A stretch of 54,202 nt of DNA from the IMG/VR virus record IMGVR_UViG_3300036859_000099, positions 1 through 54,202 of that record; one strand, 5' to 3'. Position numbers and translations under genes: made by a program. Below, piece by piece: positions 1 through 7,570 of the stretch. A model generated the notes under the pieces. The model was given only the letters and a program-made list of their open reading frames with translations, was not told the origin of the DNA and did not search any database. This DNA comes from a virus (lineage: Duplodnaviria > Caudoviricetes). Position 1 is the first letter of the stretch. Every line of letters starts with the position of its first letter.

Positions 1-127
1 CCTCTGCCGCCGCTCATAGCTTTGCCTCCTGCTCGCGGCGCTTGCGCAGCTCGGCCATCCGGATGGCGATTTGAATGGGCGCCTCGGCGGCCCAGGAATT
101 GCGCGCGTTGCGCTTCAGCATCCCGCG
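1..127. repeat. Terminal direct repeat (circular assembly overlap), identical to 54076-54202
   Basis: First 127 nt equal the last 127 nt. The ORF at 14..319(-) abuts the ORF starting at 54092(-) across the join. Confidence 0.97.
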
Positions 128-319
128 AAGCTGGCGCTCGATGTCGAGGGTTTCCATCTCTGCAACGCGAACCGGACGGGCCCAGGTTGTGTGGGAAAGC
201 TCTGGCTCGCGGATGCCGGCGCCGATGCTGGTAGCAACCGCCACTGCCTCGGCGGCTTCCTGGGTCGGCGCATCGATGGTCTGAAGGCGGTAGCCGCCGC
301 TGATCTGAAATTTCGCCAT
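14..319 (-). CDS. Hypothetical protein, first gene of the leftward early operon
   Basis: GGAGG RBS upstream; stop overlaps the next start (ATGA) across the circular junction. Confidence 0.75.
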   Translation of the reverse strand: MAKFQISGGYRLQTIDAPTQEAAEAVAVATSIGAGIREPELSHTTWARPVRVAEMETLDIERQLRGMLKRNARNSWAAEAPIQIAIRMAELRKRREQEAKL

Positions 320-342
320 CTGACCGCCTCCATCAATTCGGG

Positions 343-438
343 GTCACTGAGCGGCGCTCCCTGCCTAACGGAGCGTAAGGCGCCTGGGGGAAGCAGGCTC
401 TCGCTGGGTAGTGTGCGAGTTGGGTGCCGCTCAGTGAC
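343..438 (-). ncRNA. Candidate cloverleaf RNA in the PL leader
   Basis: 13-bp closing stem (343-355/426-438) encloses three 5-bp hairpins (356-374, 382-398, 400-419). Confidence 0.55.
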
Positions 439-448
439 AGGATGGAGT

Positions 449-497
449 TTGCCTCAGAGGCAAGGACGCGTCAAGAAAAAAGTTGCCTCAAAGGCAA
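449..497 (-). promoter_or_regulatory. PL promoter with two operators (OL)
   Basis: Palindrome TTGCCTCAGAGGCAA at 449-463 and TTGCCTCAAAGGCAA at 483-497 flank a minus-strand TTGACG (-35) at 469-474. Confidence 0.8.
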
Positions 498-540
498 CAA
501 AAGATGCGAGCGCGGATGACCGTGGCGAAATCGCTACAGG

Positions 541-1122
541 TCAGCAGTCCGGGATTGCCGGGTTGCTGTAGACAACCGGACGGCAGCTGACGAGCGCGCA
601 ATCCAACTCAGGGGCCTGATTATGCGCGACTAGGTTGTATCGTCCTTTCGATGTGCCGGGATGCACAACACGCAAAAGGCTGCGACCGTTTTCGAGCTGC
701 ACGAGACATTCACGCCCGAGGCACGCGCCGGCGTCGACGGGATTTTTTCCACAGAAAACTGTGTCGCCGGCCATATAGCGGGGATAGAGGCTGTCGTTCT
801 GGACGGTCAAAGCCAGCAGTTCGCCAAAGGCTATCGGAGCCTTGACTGTTACCTGCTTCTTGCCCGAGGGCCGCGGATGCACGACCCCGCCGGTCTCAAG
901 GATGCCGAACACGGGTACATCTCGCCAGACCTCGGTGACATCAATGAGGTCGACGACTTTGCAGCCCAGCGCATCGGCCAATGCTTGAAGTGACTGCACA
1001 GACCAGCCTCGCTTGCTGGTCTCAATTTTCGATACCTGCCCGGTTGATAAACCGGCCCGCTCCGCAAGTTGTTCCACGGTCCAACCCCGCTTGATCCGCA
1101 ATTCCCTCACTCTGTTCCGCAT
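541..1122 (-). CDS. cI: CI-like repressor (XRE HTH plus S24-like C-terminal domain)
   Basis: N-terminal HTH (LRIKRGWTVEQLAERAGLSTGQVSKIE); S24-like NDSLYPRYMAGD; divergent from a cro-like gene. Confidence 0.9.
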   Translation of the reverse strand: MRNRVRELRIKRGWTVEQLAERAGLSTGQVSKIETSKRGWSVQSLQALADALGCKVVDLIDVTEVWRDVPVFGILETGGVVHPRPSGKKQVTVKAPIAFGELLALTVQNDSLYPRYMAGDTVFCGKNPVDAGACLGRECLVQLENGRSLLRVVHPGTSKGRYNLVAHNQAPELDCALVSCRPVVYSNPAIPDC

Positions 1123-1182
1123 CCTGACGGGTCCCCCTGGTCATGTGCGACCGTTTAGACACCGTCACAGCGCTCCTGAAAA

Positions 1183-1262
1183 TGTACTCAGAGGCAAAAT
1201 CCAACTTGACGCACCGCGTGCCTCAGGGGCAATATACGCGCACAGGTTCGCCTCTGAGGCAA
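1183..1262 (+). promoter_or_regulatory. PR/PRM region with three operators (OR)
   Basis: TGTACTCAGAGGCAA 1183-1197, GTGCCTCAGGGGCAA 1218-1232, TCGCCTCTGAGGCAA 1248-1262; TTGACG at 1206-1211. Confidence 0.8.
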
Positions 1263-1263
1263 G

Positions 1264-1539
1264 ATGCGCTCTATGAAACTCCACACATGGTTGGCTGAGA
1301 ACGGCAAGAGCGTCACATGGCTGGCCCAGCAGACCAGCCTGTCGGTCTCCTACGTCTCTCGCCTTGTCGAGCGTGATGGCGTTGCCGAGAAGACACCGTC
1401 AATGGAGACATGCGCGAAGATTGCACAGGCCACCGATGGGCGCGTTACGGCCAATGACTTCGTTCCGGCCGGGAAGATGCGATCTCGCAAGCGCATCCCA
1501 AAAAAGCGCGAAACGCGCGGGGCAGCAGTCGCTGCGTAG
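1264..1539 (+). CDS. cro: Cro-like HTH regulator (start may be 1273)
   Basis: Small HTH protein ending in the Cro/YdaS-like TDGRVTANDF motif; divergent from cI. Confidence 0.85.
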   Translation: MRSMKLHTWLAENGKSVTWLAQQTSLSVSYVSRLVERDGVAEKTPSMETCAKIAQATDGRVTANDFVPAGKMRSRKRIPKKRETRGAAVAA

Positions 1540-1784
1540 TACGCATTTTTACTGGTCTCCCCAACGTTAGGTTGAATAAGCACCTCGCCTAAATCTTGTC
1601 AAGCTTTGTTCTAGTTAGGTTCACCACAGGACATCGCGGTTCCGCGTGCGTCGTTGCGTTGTGTCCGCAAGCATCAGCGTTCTGCGCATCGCCCTTGCAA
1701 CATCTGTCTTGGCCGGAAGGGACCGGGGTAAGGCAGCCGTGAAGCGAGGTTCCCGACAGGTAACATCAGGGGCTGTGGCCGCCT

Positions 1785-2102
1785 GTGAGCCGGGCCAAAG
1801 CTCTGCAGAGCCCAAAGCCCTCCGATGCGCAGAACTCTGATGCTTTTCCAGTCCGTCGCGTTGTGCGTCCCACCCAAACTCTATGGGAGCAGAACGTGGC
1901 TACGGAATCGATCTCAGCGCCCTGCCTCAAATGCGGAGCCCCGGCGCGCAAGCCCTACCGGCAGATCGACAACTACTACCCGCAGCTCTGCCCTGCCTGC
2001 CATCGCGCCCGCGAAGACCTCATCGAGGAAGCCCGGAAAGAGCACCGGAGAAAGTACCGCGGCGAGGTCCGGCGGTTCCATCGCCATGAGGCTCGCCGAT
2101 GA
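1785..2102 (+). CDS. Small Zn-finger protein (start uncertain)
   Basis: CLKC...CPAC; stop overlaps the next ATG. Confidence 0.55.
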   Translation: MSRAKALQSPKPSDAQNSDAFPVRRVVRPTQTLWEQNVATESISAPCLKCGAPARKPYRQIDNYYPQLCPACHRAREDLIEEARKEHRRKYRGEVRRFHRHEARR

Positions 2103-2392
2103 CGAAATCCAAGCAGATCATGCGTCTCGGCGCCGCCGGCAGGACCACCAAGCAGATCGCGTGCGAGGTCTACGGGCTTTCCGAGTACACGCCCTCCGCC
2201 GAGCTGAAGAGCCGCATGGCGTACGTGCGGACCGCTCTGCGCCAACGGCGTGGCAAAGGCGTTTCCGACAACGACCGAGCCTATCTCATCCGCCGCTTTG
2301 GTGGCACCAGCACTGCGGACGCCTGGCGCCGCCGTGCTGCGTACTATCGGCAGCAGAAGCGGCTCTTTCCCGACATTCAGGAGACCGCGTGA
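2099..2392 (+). CDS. Hypothetical HTH-like protein
   Basis: ATGA coupling; GRTTKQIACEVYG resembles an HTH start. Confidence 0.65.
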   Translation: MTKSKQIMRLGAAGRTTKQIACEVYGLSEYTPSAELKSRMAYVRTALRQRRGKGVSDNDRAYLIRRFGGTSTADAWRRRAAYYRQQKRLFPDIQETA

Positions 2393-3381
2393 GCGCCCAG
2401 CCCAACAAGTTGCCGATGAAACGATGGGCCTGCGTGGTCATGGTAGGCCTCGCGTGGACGCTCACGGTCATCGGCGTCGCCATCAATATCCGCAACGGCC
2501 AGCGCCTGAGCCTCGATGTCTACGGCTGGTTCCTGCAGGGTTTCGTTGTCGGGGCACTCAGCATAGCGCCCGTGGCCGTCATGAGCTGGGCTGGCTACCA
2601 GTGGGCGGGCCGCCGGTTTGCAGCCTGCATCTTCGGCTTCATCGTCGCTCTACCGCTGATCTTCTTCAATTGGTGGTCCTCCAATGAGTTCATGGGTGAC
2701 CAAATGTTGGGCCACTACCGGGCGCAGGAAGACCGCCTCAAGGCGGACGAGGGCTTGGCGGACCTTGAGAATAACGAGGTCCTCCGCTCCAGGCGCGAGG
2801 CCGAAAAGCGGCTGTGGGATGCGTGGAACGACACCAAGAGTGTGAGCGAGAAGGCACGCATCAAGAAGGAACTCGACGAGCTTCGCGGCGAGACGCCGGC
2901 ACTGAGGGCCGCAACTCCGGAACGCAATGTTGGCGCGCGCTCGTCTTGGCTCAGCAAACGGCTCGGCTGGGACAGGGAGACGATCGAGGGCGTGACCCCG
3001 ACAATGGCGCCAATCCTCATGCAGATTGTCGAGGTGTTTTTCTCACTGATGGGCTTCGCTTCGTGGCCCCGCGGGGCGGTTGCAGCGCCACCACCCCCAA
3101 CTGGAAACCAGAAGGAAACCAAACGGGAAACCACACCCCCATTTACCCGCGCCTACGAGAAGCCAGAGGCCCTTAAAGATGCCCTTCAACTGATTTCCGG
3201 CGGCTCATCCCTGGAAAACCAGAAGGCGCTAGCGAAACGATGGGGCCGCTCCAAGGGAACCGTCAGCAAATGGCTGAAGGAATTCGAGCGCCGCGACCTC
3301 ATCGTTCGCACCCGCACCGGCTACAGCAAGGTTCTGGGGCCGGCCAAGGCCAACGGCAATGGAGCGCATGTCATGAGTTGA
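2389..3381 (+). CDS. Multi-TM membrane protein with coiled coil and C-terminal HTH
   Basis: GGAG RBS and GTG at 2389; three N-terminal TM segments, a charged helix, another TM, then QKALAKRWGRSKGTVSKWLKEFE. Confidence 0.75.
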   Translation: MSAQPNKLPMKRWACVVMVGLAWTLTVIGVAINIRNGQRLSLDVYGWFLQGFVVGALSIAPVAVMSWAGYQWAGRRFAACIFGFIVALPLIFFNWWSSNEFMGDQMLGHYRAQEDRLKADEGLADLENNEVLRSRREAEKRLWDAWNDTKSVSEKARIKKELDELRGETPALRAATPERNVGARSSWLSKRLGWDRETIEGVTPTMAPILMQIVEVFFSLMGFASWPRGAVAAPPPPTGNQKETKRETTPPFTRAYEKPEALKDALQLISGGSSLENQKALAKRWGRSKGTVSKWLKEFERRDLIVRTRTGYSKVLGPAKANGNGAHVMS

Positions 3382-3455
3382 AACTGCGATGGCGCCCCTG
3401 CCAGGGAGCACCATCGAAATTGCCCGAGCAGATGCAACGCACAGAAGGAAAGCAG

Positions 3456-3665
3456 ATGCAATCTACCAGATACGCACAGGATGTCAAGCGCCAACGCTGG
3501 GTGGCCGACGCTGCCGCCCGCGCTGAACGACGCTCTGGCAGCGTCCGCTCGCACCCAACGCCTCTCGCCCAAGTGCAGCAGCTGGTCGCGTCCATCATGG
3601 ACCAGCGCATCTCGCGCGCGCAGCTGCGCGAGATCGCCAGCGCCATTTCGGAGGGTCGCGCATGA
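3456..3665 (+). CDS. Hypothetical protein
   Basis: GAAGGA RBS; stop overlaps the initiator start. Confidence 0.55.
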   Translation: MQSTRYAQDVKRQRWVADAAARAERRSGSVRSHPTPLAQVQQLVASIMDQRISRAQLREIASAISEGRA

Positions 3666-4621
3666 CCTCTCCAGTGATTGGCCACAACTCCGGCCTATAC
3701 GTCTCCGACATCGGCAAGCTGCAGGCGATCGACGCGGTCCTTAGGAACCCCAAGTTCTCGCAGACCGAGGCGCTAATTCTGATCGGTCTGATCGTCCGAA
3801 GCGACAAGACCTACGCGAACGCCTTCCCTGGCGCTGGCACGCTCGCCGTGTACGCCAAGGTCGCCCAGAGCGACACAGTTTTCAAAGCGCTTCGCAGGCT
3901 CGAGGACCACTTCCAGATGGTCAAGCGCGCGAGCCGCGGCAGCGGGCGCAGCAACTCTTATGCGGTCCTGCCGCAGCGGGTGGTCGACGCAATCGTTACC
4001 GAATACGACGCGAAAAAGCAGAATGCTGCTGCAACTCCAACCCACCCTGTTCAACAGGGCGCCCCAATAGAACTACCCACGCTCAACAGGGTGGCTTCTG
4101 AAACCCACCCCGTTCAACAGGGTGGGTCTGAACCAAAACCCACCCCGTTCAACAGGGTGGGTCTGAACCAAAACCCACCCCGTTCAACAGGGTGGCTTTC
4201 CCAAACCCACCCTGTTCAACAGGGTGCGACCCACCCTGTTGAACAGGGTGCATATCCATTCCATGATCCAAATAAGAAAGAGGAGGAGGGGGGCGGCAAC
4301 AAATTCTTGCCGTTCAACTGGGCGACGGCCCTCAACCCCTCCTCTGCAGAAGATGCGCATGATGTCTGTTGGCGTGATGATGGAACTATTGAGGTCAACA
4401 ACGGCTTCAAGGTCGAACTCCAAGCGAGCTTCCCGAACGTCGACTTGACCTCAGGCCTGGCCATCGTTGCTGGCGAAGCCAGGACAGACGAGGTTGGGAC
4501 GGACCTCAAGCGGCGCATTCGACGCAAGTTCGGATACCTCCAGAACGACGAGCATGGGCGTGATCGTCGCGCAGTGAGAGTGCGCGCATCCCAGACGAAA
4601 CCCAAGCCGTCGAGGTGGTGA
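3662..4621 (+). CDS. Replication initiator (N-terminal wHTH, lambda O-like organisation)
   Basis: HTH-like AFPGAGTLAVYAK...VFKALRRLE; internal iteron array; directly upstream of the helicase. Confidence 0.8.
   Translation: MTSPVIGHNSGLYVSDIGKLQAIDAVLRNPKFSQTEALILIGLIVRSDKTYANAFPGAGTLAVYAKVAQSDTVFKALRRLEDHFQMVKRASRGSGRSNSYAVLPQRVVDAIVTEYDAKKQNAAATPTHPVQQGAPIELPTLNRVASETHPVQQGGSEPKPTPFNRVGLNQNPPRSTGWLSQTHPVQQGATHPVEQGAYPFHDPNKKEEEGGGNKFLPFNWATALNPSSAEDAHDVCWRDDGTIEVNNGFKVELQASFPNVDLTSGLAIVAGEARTDEVGTDLKRRIRRKFGYLQNDEHGRDRRAVRVRASQTKPKPSRW
4040..4250. repeat. Replication origin: seven palindromic iterons CACCCYGTTCAACAGGGTG
   Basis: Copies centred near 4052, 4084, 4115, 4150, 4185, 4217 and 4241, translated in different frames of the initiator gene. 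Confidence 0.85.
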
Positions 4622-5805
4622 CCATGCACGGCGTCCTCGACAACACGGTTGCGCGCGGCCCGCTGATCATCACGGTGGGCGAAAAGGCGGTGGTACTTTG
4701 CCGACAGTACGGGTTCCGGCATGTGGCCGACGCAACTCTGACGACAGCCCTGCTCGACAAAGAGGGTGCCGTTAGAGGGGAGATCGAGTTCTTCGGCGAC
4801 TACGTGATCATGATCACGGAGGGCGACGAAGGCATTCGTGACGACATCGCTATTTGTCTGGGCGATGAGCGTTGCCGGTGGGCCTATTTCCCGATCGACG
4901 CAGATGACATACCGGCTGCCGTCATGGGCGCCAATCCAATGTGGACGGATGAGGTGTCCACCATCGATGACGTGCCGGAGCCGGGAAGAATTGACGCCTA
5001 CCCAACTGGTTTTCCCGAGCTCGACGAGCACGGCTTCCGCATCACGCTGCCTGCGTTCATGCCGATCATCGGCCCCTACGGCAGTGGCAAGAGCGTGTTT
5101 CTCCGGCAGCTCTTGGTGAACCTCTACAAGCTGCACGGATGGAAGTTCCTGCTCACCAGCTTCGAGGAGAAGGTGAAGCCGCGCTATCACCGCGATCTTC
5201 GCAGGCACTTCATCGGCAAGCCATTCTGCTCCGCAAGCGGAGAGGTGCTTTGGAGCGACGAGGACGAGGCCCGCGCCGACGCTGAAATCCGCAAGTCTGC
5301 GGTGTTCCTCCGGCGCAAGCGCAACGCTGTGTTGGACCTTGCCCGCCTTTTGAGCCGCATCAAGTTTGCGGCTCGCGTCCATGGCGTTCGCGTGGTGGCG
5401 ATCGATCCGGTCAACGAGATCGACCATCAGGTGCCGAAGGGTGAGTCCAAGACGGATTACATGGGCAAGTTCATCATGGAACTGAAGGCGCTCGCCGACG
5501 ACTACGGCCTGTTGATGATCGTGTGCGCGCATCCGCCCAAGGACGGCGTCGAGAAGCGACTGTCGAAGACCGGCGTGCTCACGCTCAACGACGGCGCCGA
5601 CACTGCGCACTGGGGCAACAAGGCCGACATCGGACTGTGCGTATGGAGGAACCTGGACGGTCCCACCTACCTGCACGGCGACAAACTCAAGGATCACGAG
5701 ACGATGGGCAAGCCGTTTCTTGCCGAGATGATCTTGAACCCGGCGCTCAACGCATTCCGCATCAACCGCATGGGCTATCACATCCTCCAGGAGGGCCAAG
5801 AATGA
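4615..5805 (+). CDS. DnaB/Twinkle-like SF4 replicative helicase
   Basis: Walker A GPYGSGKS, Walker B VVAIDP, CAHPPK and AHWGNKAD motifs. Confidence 0.88.
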   Translation: MVTMHGVLDNTVARGPLIITVGEKAVVLCRQYGFRHVADATLTTALLDKEGAVRGEIEFFGDYVIMITEGDEGIRDDIAICLGDERCRWAYFPIDADDIPAAVMGANPMWTDEVSTIDDVPEPGRIDAYPTGFPELDEHGFRITLPAFMPIIGPYGSGKSVFLRQLLVNLYKLHGWKFLLTSFEEKVKPRYHRDLRRHFIGKPFCSASGEVLWSDEDEARADAEIRKSAVFLRRKRNAVLDLARLLSRIKFAARVHGVRVVAIDPVNEIDHQVPKGESKTDYMGKFIMELKALADDYGLLMIVCAHPPKDGVEKRLSKTGVLTLNDGADTAHWGNKADIGLCVWRNLDGPTYLHGDKLKDHETMGKPFLAEMILNPALNAFRINRMGYHILQEGQE

Positions 5806-5943
5806 CACCGGAGCTTACCCGCGAACGCGAACTCTTGGACCGTCTCTCATTGGCGCTTGAAACTGGCCGTCACATCGAAAGCGCCCGCAAGGCCCTACGC
5901 AAGTTCTACCAGCAGCTAGGCATGTACTGAAAGGAAAAGTGGC

Positions 5944-6150
5944 ATGACACCAGATCGCATCGAGAATCACGATGGCTATCACCCAGCCAATCTGGAACTT
6001 CAGCCGTACCCGCACGAAGCAGTCATCGAGTTGGCAAAACTAGCGAAGGCACTCGGAGTGCAATTCAAGATCAGCGGCTTTCCATTCGGAGCGTCGTACG
6101 ACAAAGAGGAAGACGGGAAGACGATCTCGGATATGGCGGAGGCAACCTAA
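5944..6150 (+). CDS. Hypothetical protein
   Basis: AAGGA RBS; in operon. Confidence 0.55.
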   Translation: MTPDRIENHDGYHPANLELQPYPHEAVIELAKLAKALGVQFKISGFPFGASYDKEEDGKTISDMAEAT

Positions 6151-6243
6151 TGCAAGTCTCCACCATCTTCTGGTCGATTGCCGGCTTCGGCGTGAGCATG
6201 GGAATTCTGCTGGGCGCGATCTTGGTCGCGTTCGCCGGGTGAG

Positions 6244-7503
6244 ATGATGCTCAAGGTTCTGGACCTCTTCAGCGGTATCGGAGGTTTCTCTCTCGGGCTT
6301 GAGCGCACGGGTGGGTTTGAGACGAAGGCGTTTTGTGAAATCGATCCATTCTGCCGCCGCGTGTTGGCGAAGCATTGGCCAAAGGTGCCCTGCTACGATG
6401 ACATTAGAGAGCTCACCGGAGCAAGGCTTGCTGCCGATGGAATTGCCGTCGATGTCATCTGCGGCGGGTTCCCGTGCCAGGACGTTTCAATCGCCGGCCG
6501 TAGAGCGGGGATGGACGGCGAGCGCAGCGGCCTATGGTCGGAATATGCGCGACTGGTTCGCGAGATTCGACCGGAATACGTCATCGTGGAGAACACCCCA
6601 GGCCTGCTTAGTCTCGGGATGGGAGTTGTTCTCGGCGACTTGGCCGCGCTCGGGTTCGATGCGGAGTGGCATTGCATTCCGGTTTCCGCCCTTGGTGCGG
6701 ATCACATCCGAGATCGCGTCTGGATCATTGCCAACGATGCTGGCGGGAGCGTCAACGATCACAGGCGGCCCGAAGCAGCGCAGGATCAAGTGTCGGAAGA
6801 CGCTGCCGACCCTGACAGTTCGCGGGAACTACAACAGGGCTGGCTGCAGTCCGACCAGTGGCGACGGCCTAGCAACGGTTCTCAAGCGGCTTTCGACACC
6901 CACCGCGCACGCCGTGCGCGGTGGCGCCAAACCGGAAAGAACGGAGCGCATGCGGGAAGCATCGGCGCGCGGTTGCGATCTATCGTCGACGCTGCGCCAA
7001 GCCTTTCCCGAGAGCACTGGGATCATCAACCCGTCTTGGGCAGAGGGATACATGGGGTATCCTTTGAATTGGACCTTATTGGACGAATAGATGGCGCAGA
7101 AAGCAACAGTTCGGAAGCAGTCACAGAGGTTGGAAACTCTTGCAGGAGCATTCTGCTCGCGGTGTGGGAGCATCAAGCTCTTGCAACGACATCACCAGAG
7201 CTATACCGCCAGCGACTTCGTAATTGTGTGCCAAAGCTGTCACACGGCAATTCATCAAGCGGATGGCTCTTGGGGGCGTGGGTCAAGAAAGATCAAGGAT
7301 TGCGCGATCTGTGGGAAGCCTTTTACACCGCGCCACTCCAAGAAGCAGAAGACCTGCAGTTCCGCCTGCTTGAGCGAGCTAGGAAGAAGAAATGCCCGGA
7401 TACGGTGGGGCGCGTCAGCCGAATTGCCGCCCTCGGAAACGCCGTTCACCCGAAAATTCCGGAAATGATCGGCCTCGCCATTCTTCAAGTGGAGGCTGCC
7501 TAA
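6244..7503 (+). CDS. dcm: C5 DNA cytosine methyltransferase, large (alpha) polypeptide
   Basis: DLFSGIGG (motif I), GGFPCQD (IV), VENT (VI), HIRDRVWI (VIII), LGNAV (X). Confidence 0.92.
   Translation: MMLKVLDLFSGIGGFSLGLERTGGFETKAFCEIDPFCRRVLAKHWPKVPCYDDIRELTGARLAADGIAVDVICGGFPCQDVSIAGRRAGMDGERSGLWSEYARLVREIRPEYVIVENTPGLLSLGMGVVLGDLAALGFDAEWHCIPVSALGADHIRDRVWIIANDAGGSVNDHRRPEAAQDQVSEDAADPDSSRELQQGWLQSDQWRRPSNGSQAAFDTHRARRARWRQTGKNGAHAGSIGARLRSIVDAAPSLSREHWDHQPVLGRGIHGVSFELDLIGRIDGAESNSSEAVTEVGNSCRSILLAVWEHQALATTSPELYRQRLRNCVPKLSHGNSSSGWLLGAWVKKDQGLRDLWEAFYTAPLQEAEDLQFRLLERARKKKCPDTVGRVSRIAALGNAVHPKIPEMIGLAILQVEAA
6398..7090 (+). CDS. Nested alternative-frame methyltransferase beta polypeptide carrying motif IX (start uncertain)
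   Basis: Open +1 frame inside dcm ending INPSWAEGYMGYPLNWT, a motif IX-like segment not seen in the alpha frame. Confidence 0.7.
   Translation: MTLESSPEQGLLPMELPSMSSAAGSRARTFQSPAVERGWTASAAAYGRNMRDWFARFDRNTSSWRTPQACLVSGWELFSATWPRSGSMRSGIAFRFPPLVRITSEIASGSLPTMLAGASTITGGPKQRRIKCRKTLPTLTVRGNYNRAGCSPTSGDGLATVLKRLSTPTAHAVRGGAKPERTERMREASARGCDLSSTLRQAFPESTGIINPSWAEGYMGYPLNWTLLDE
7091..7468 (+). CDS. HNH-like/Zn-finger protein nested in dcm
   Basis: CSRCG...QRHH...CQSCH...H, then CAICGKPF...CSSAC; ATG follows the beta stop directly. Confidence 0.7.
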   Translation: MAQKATVRKQSQRLETLAGAFCSRCGSIKLLQRHHQSYTASDFVIVCQSCHTAIHQADGSWGRGSRKIKDCAICGKPFTPRHSKKQKTCSSACLSELGRRNARIRWGASAELPPSETPFTRKFRK

Positions 7504-7570
7504 ATCTTCCGAGTTTCCGTTGCGTCCCCAGTGCGTGAACAAGTCCTTACAACACAGCGGAGACGCAAAC

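Noticed and set aside
1825-2388. N-terminal extension of the 518-aa ORF
   Set aside because: It overlaps two better ORFs, and an RBS with GTG at 2389 gives a coherent membrane protein.
4040-4250. Palindromic repeats as a CRISPR array
   Set aside because: Spacers are very short and partly identical, the array lies inside the initiator ORF, and no cas genes are present. Iterons fit better.
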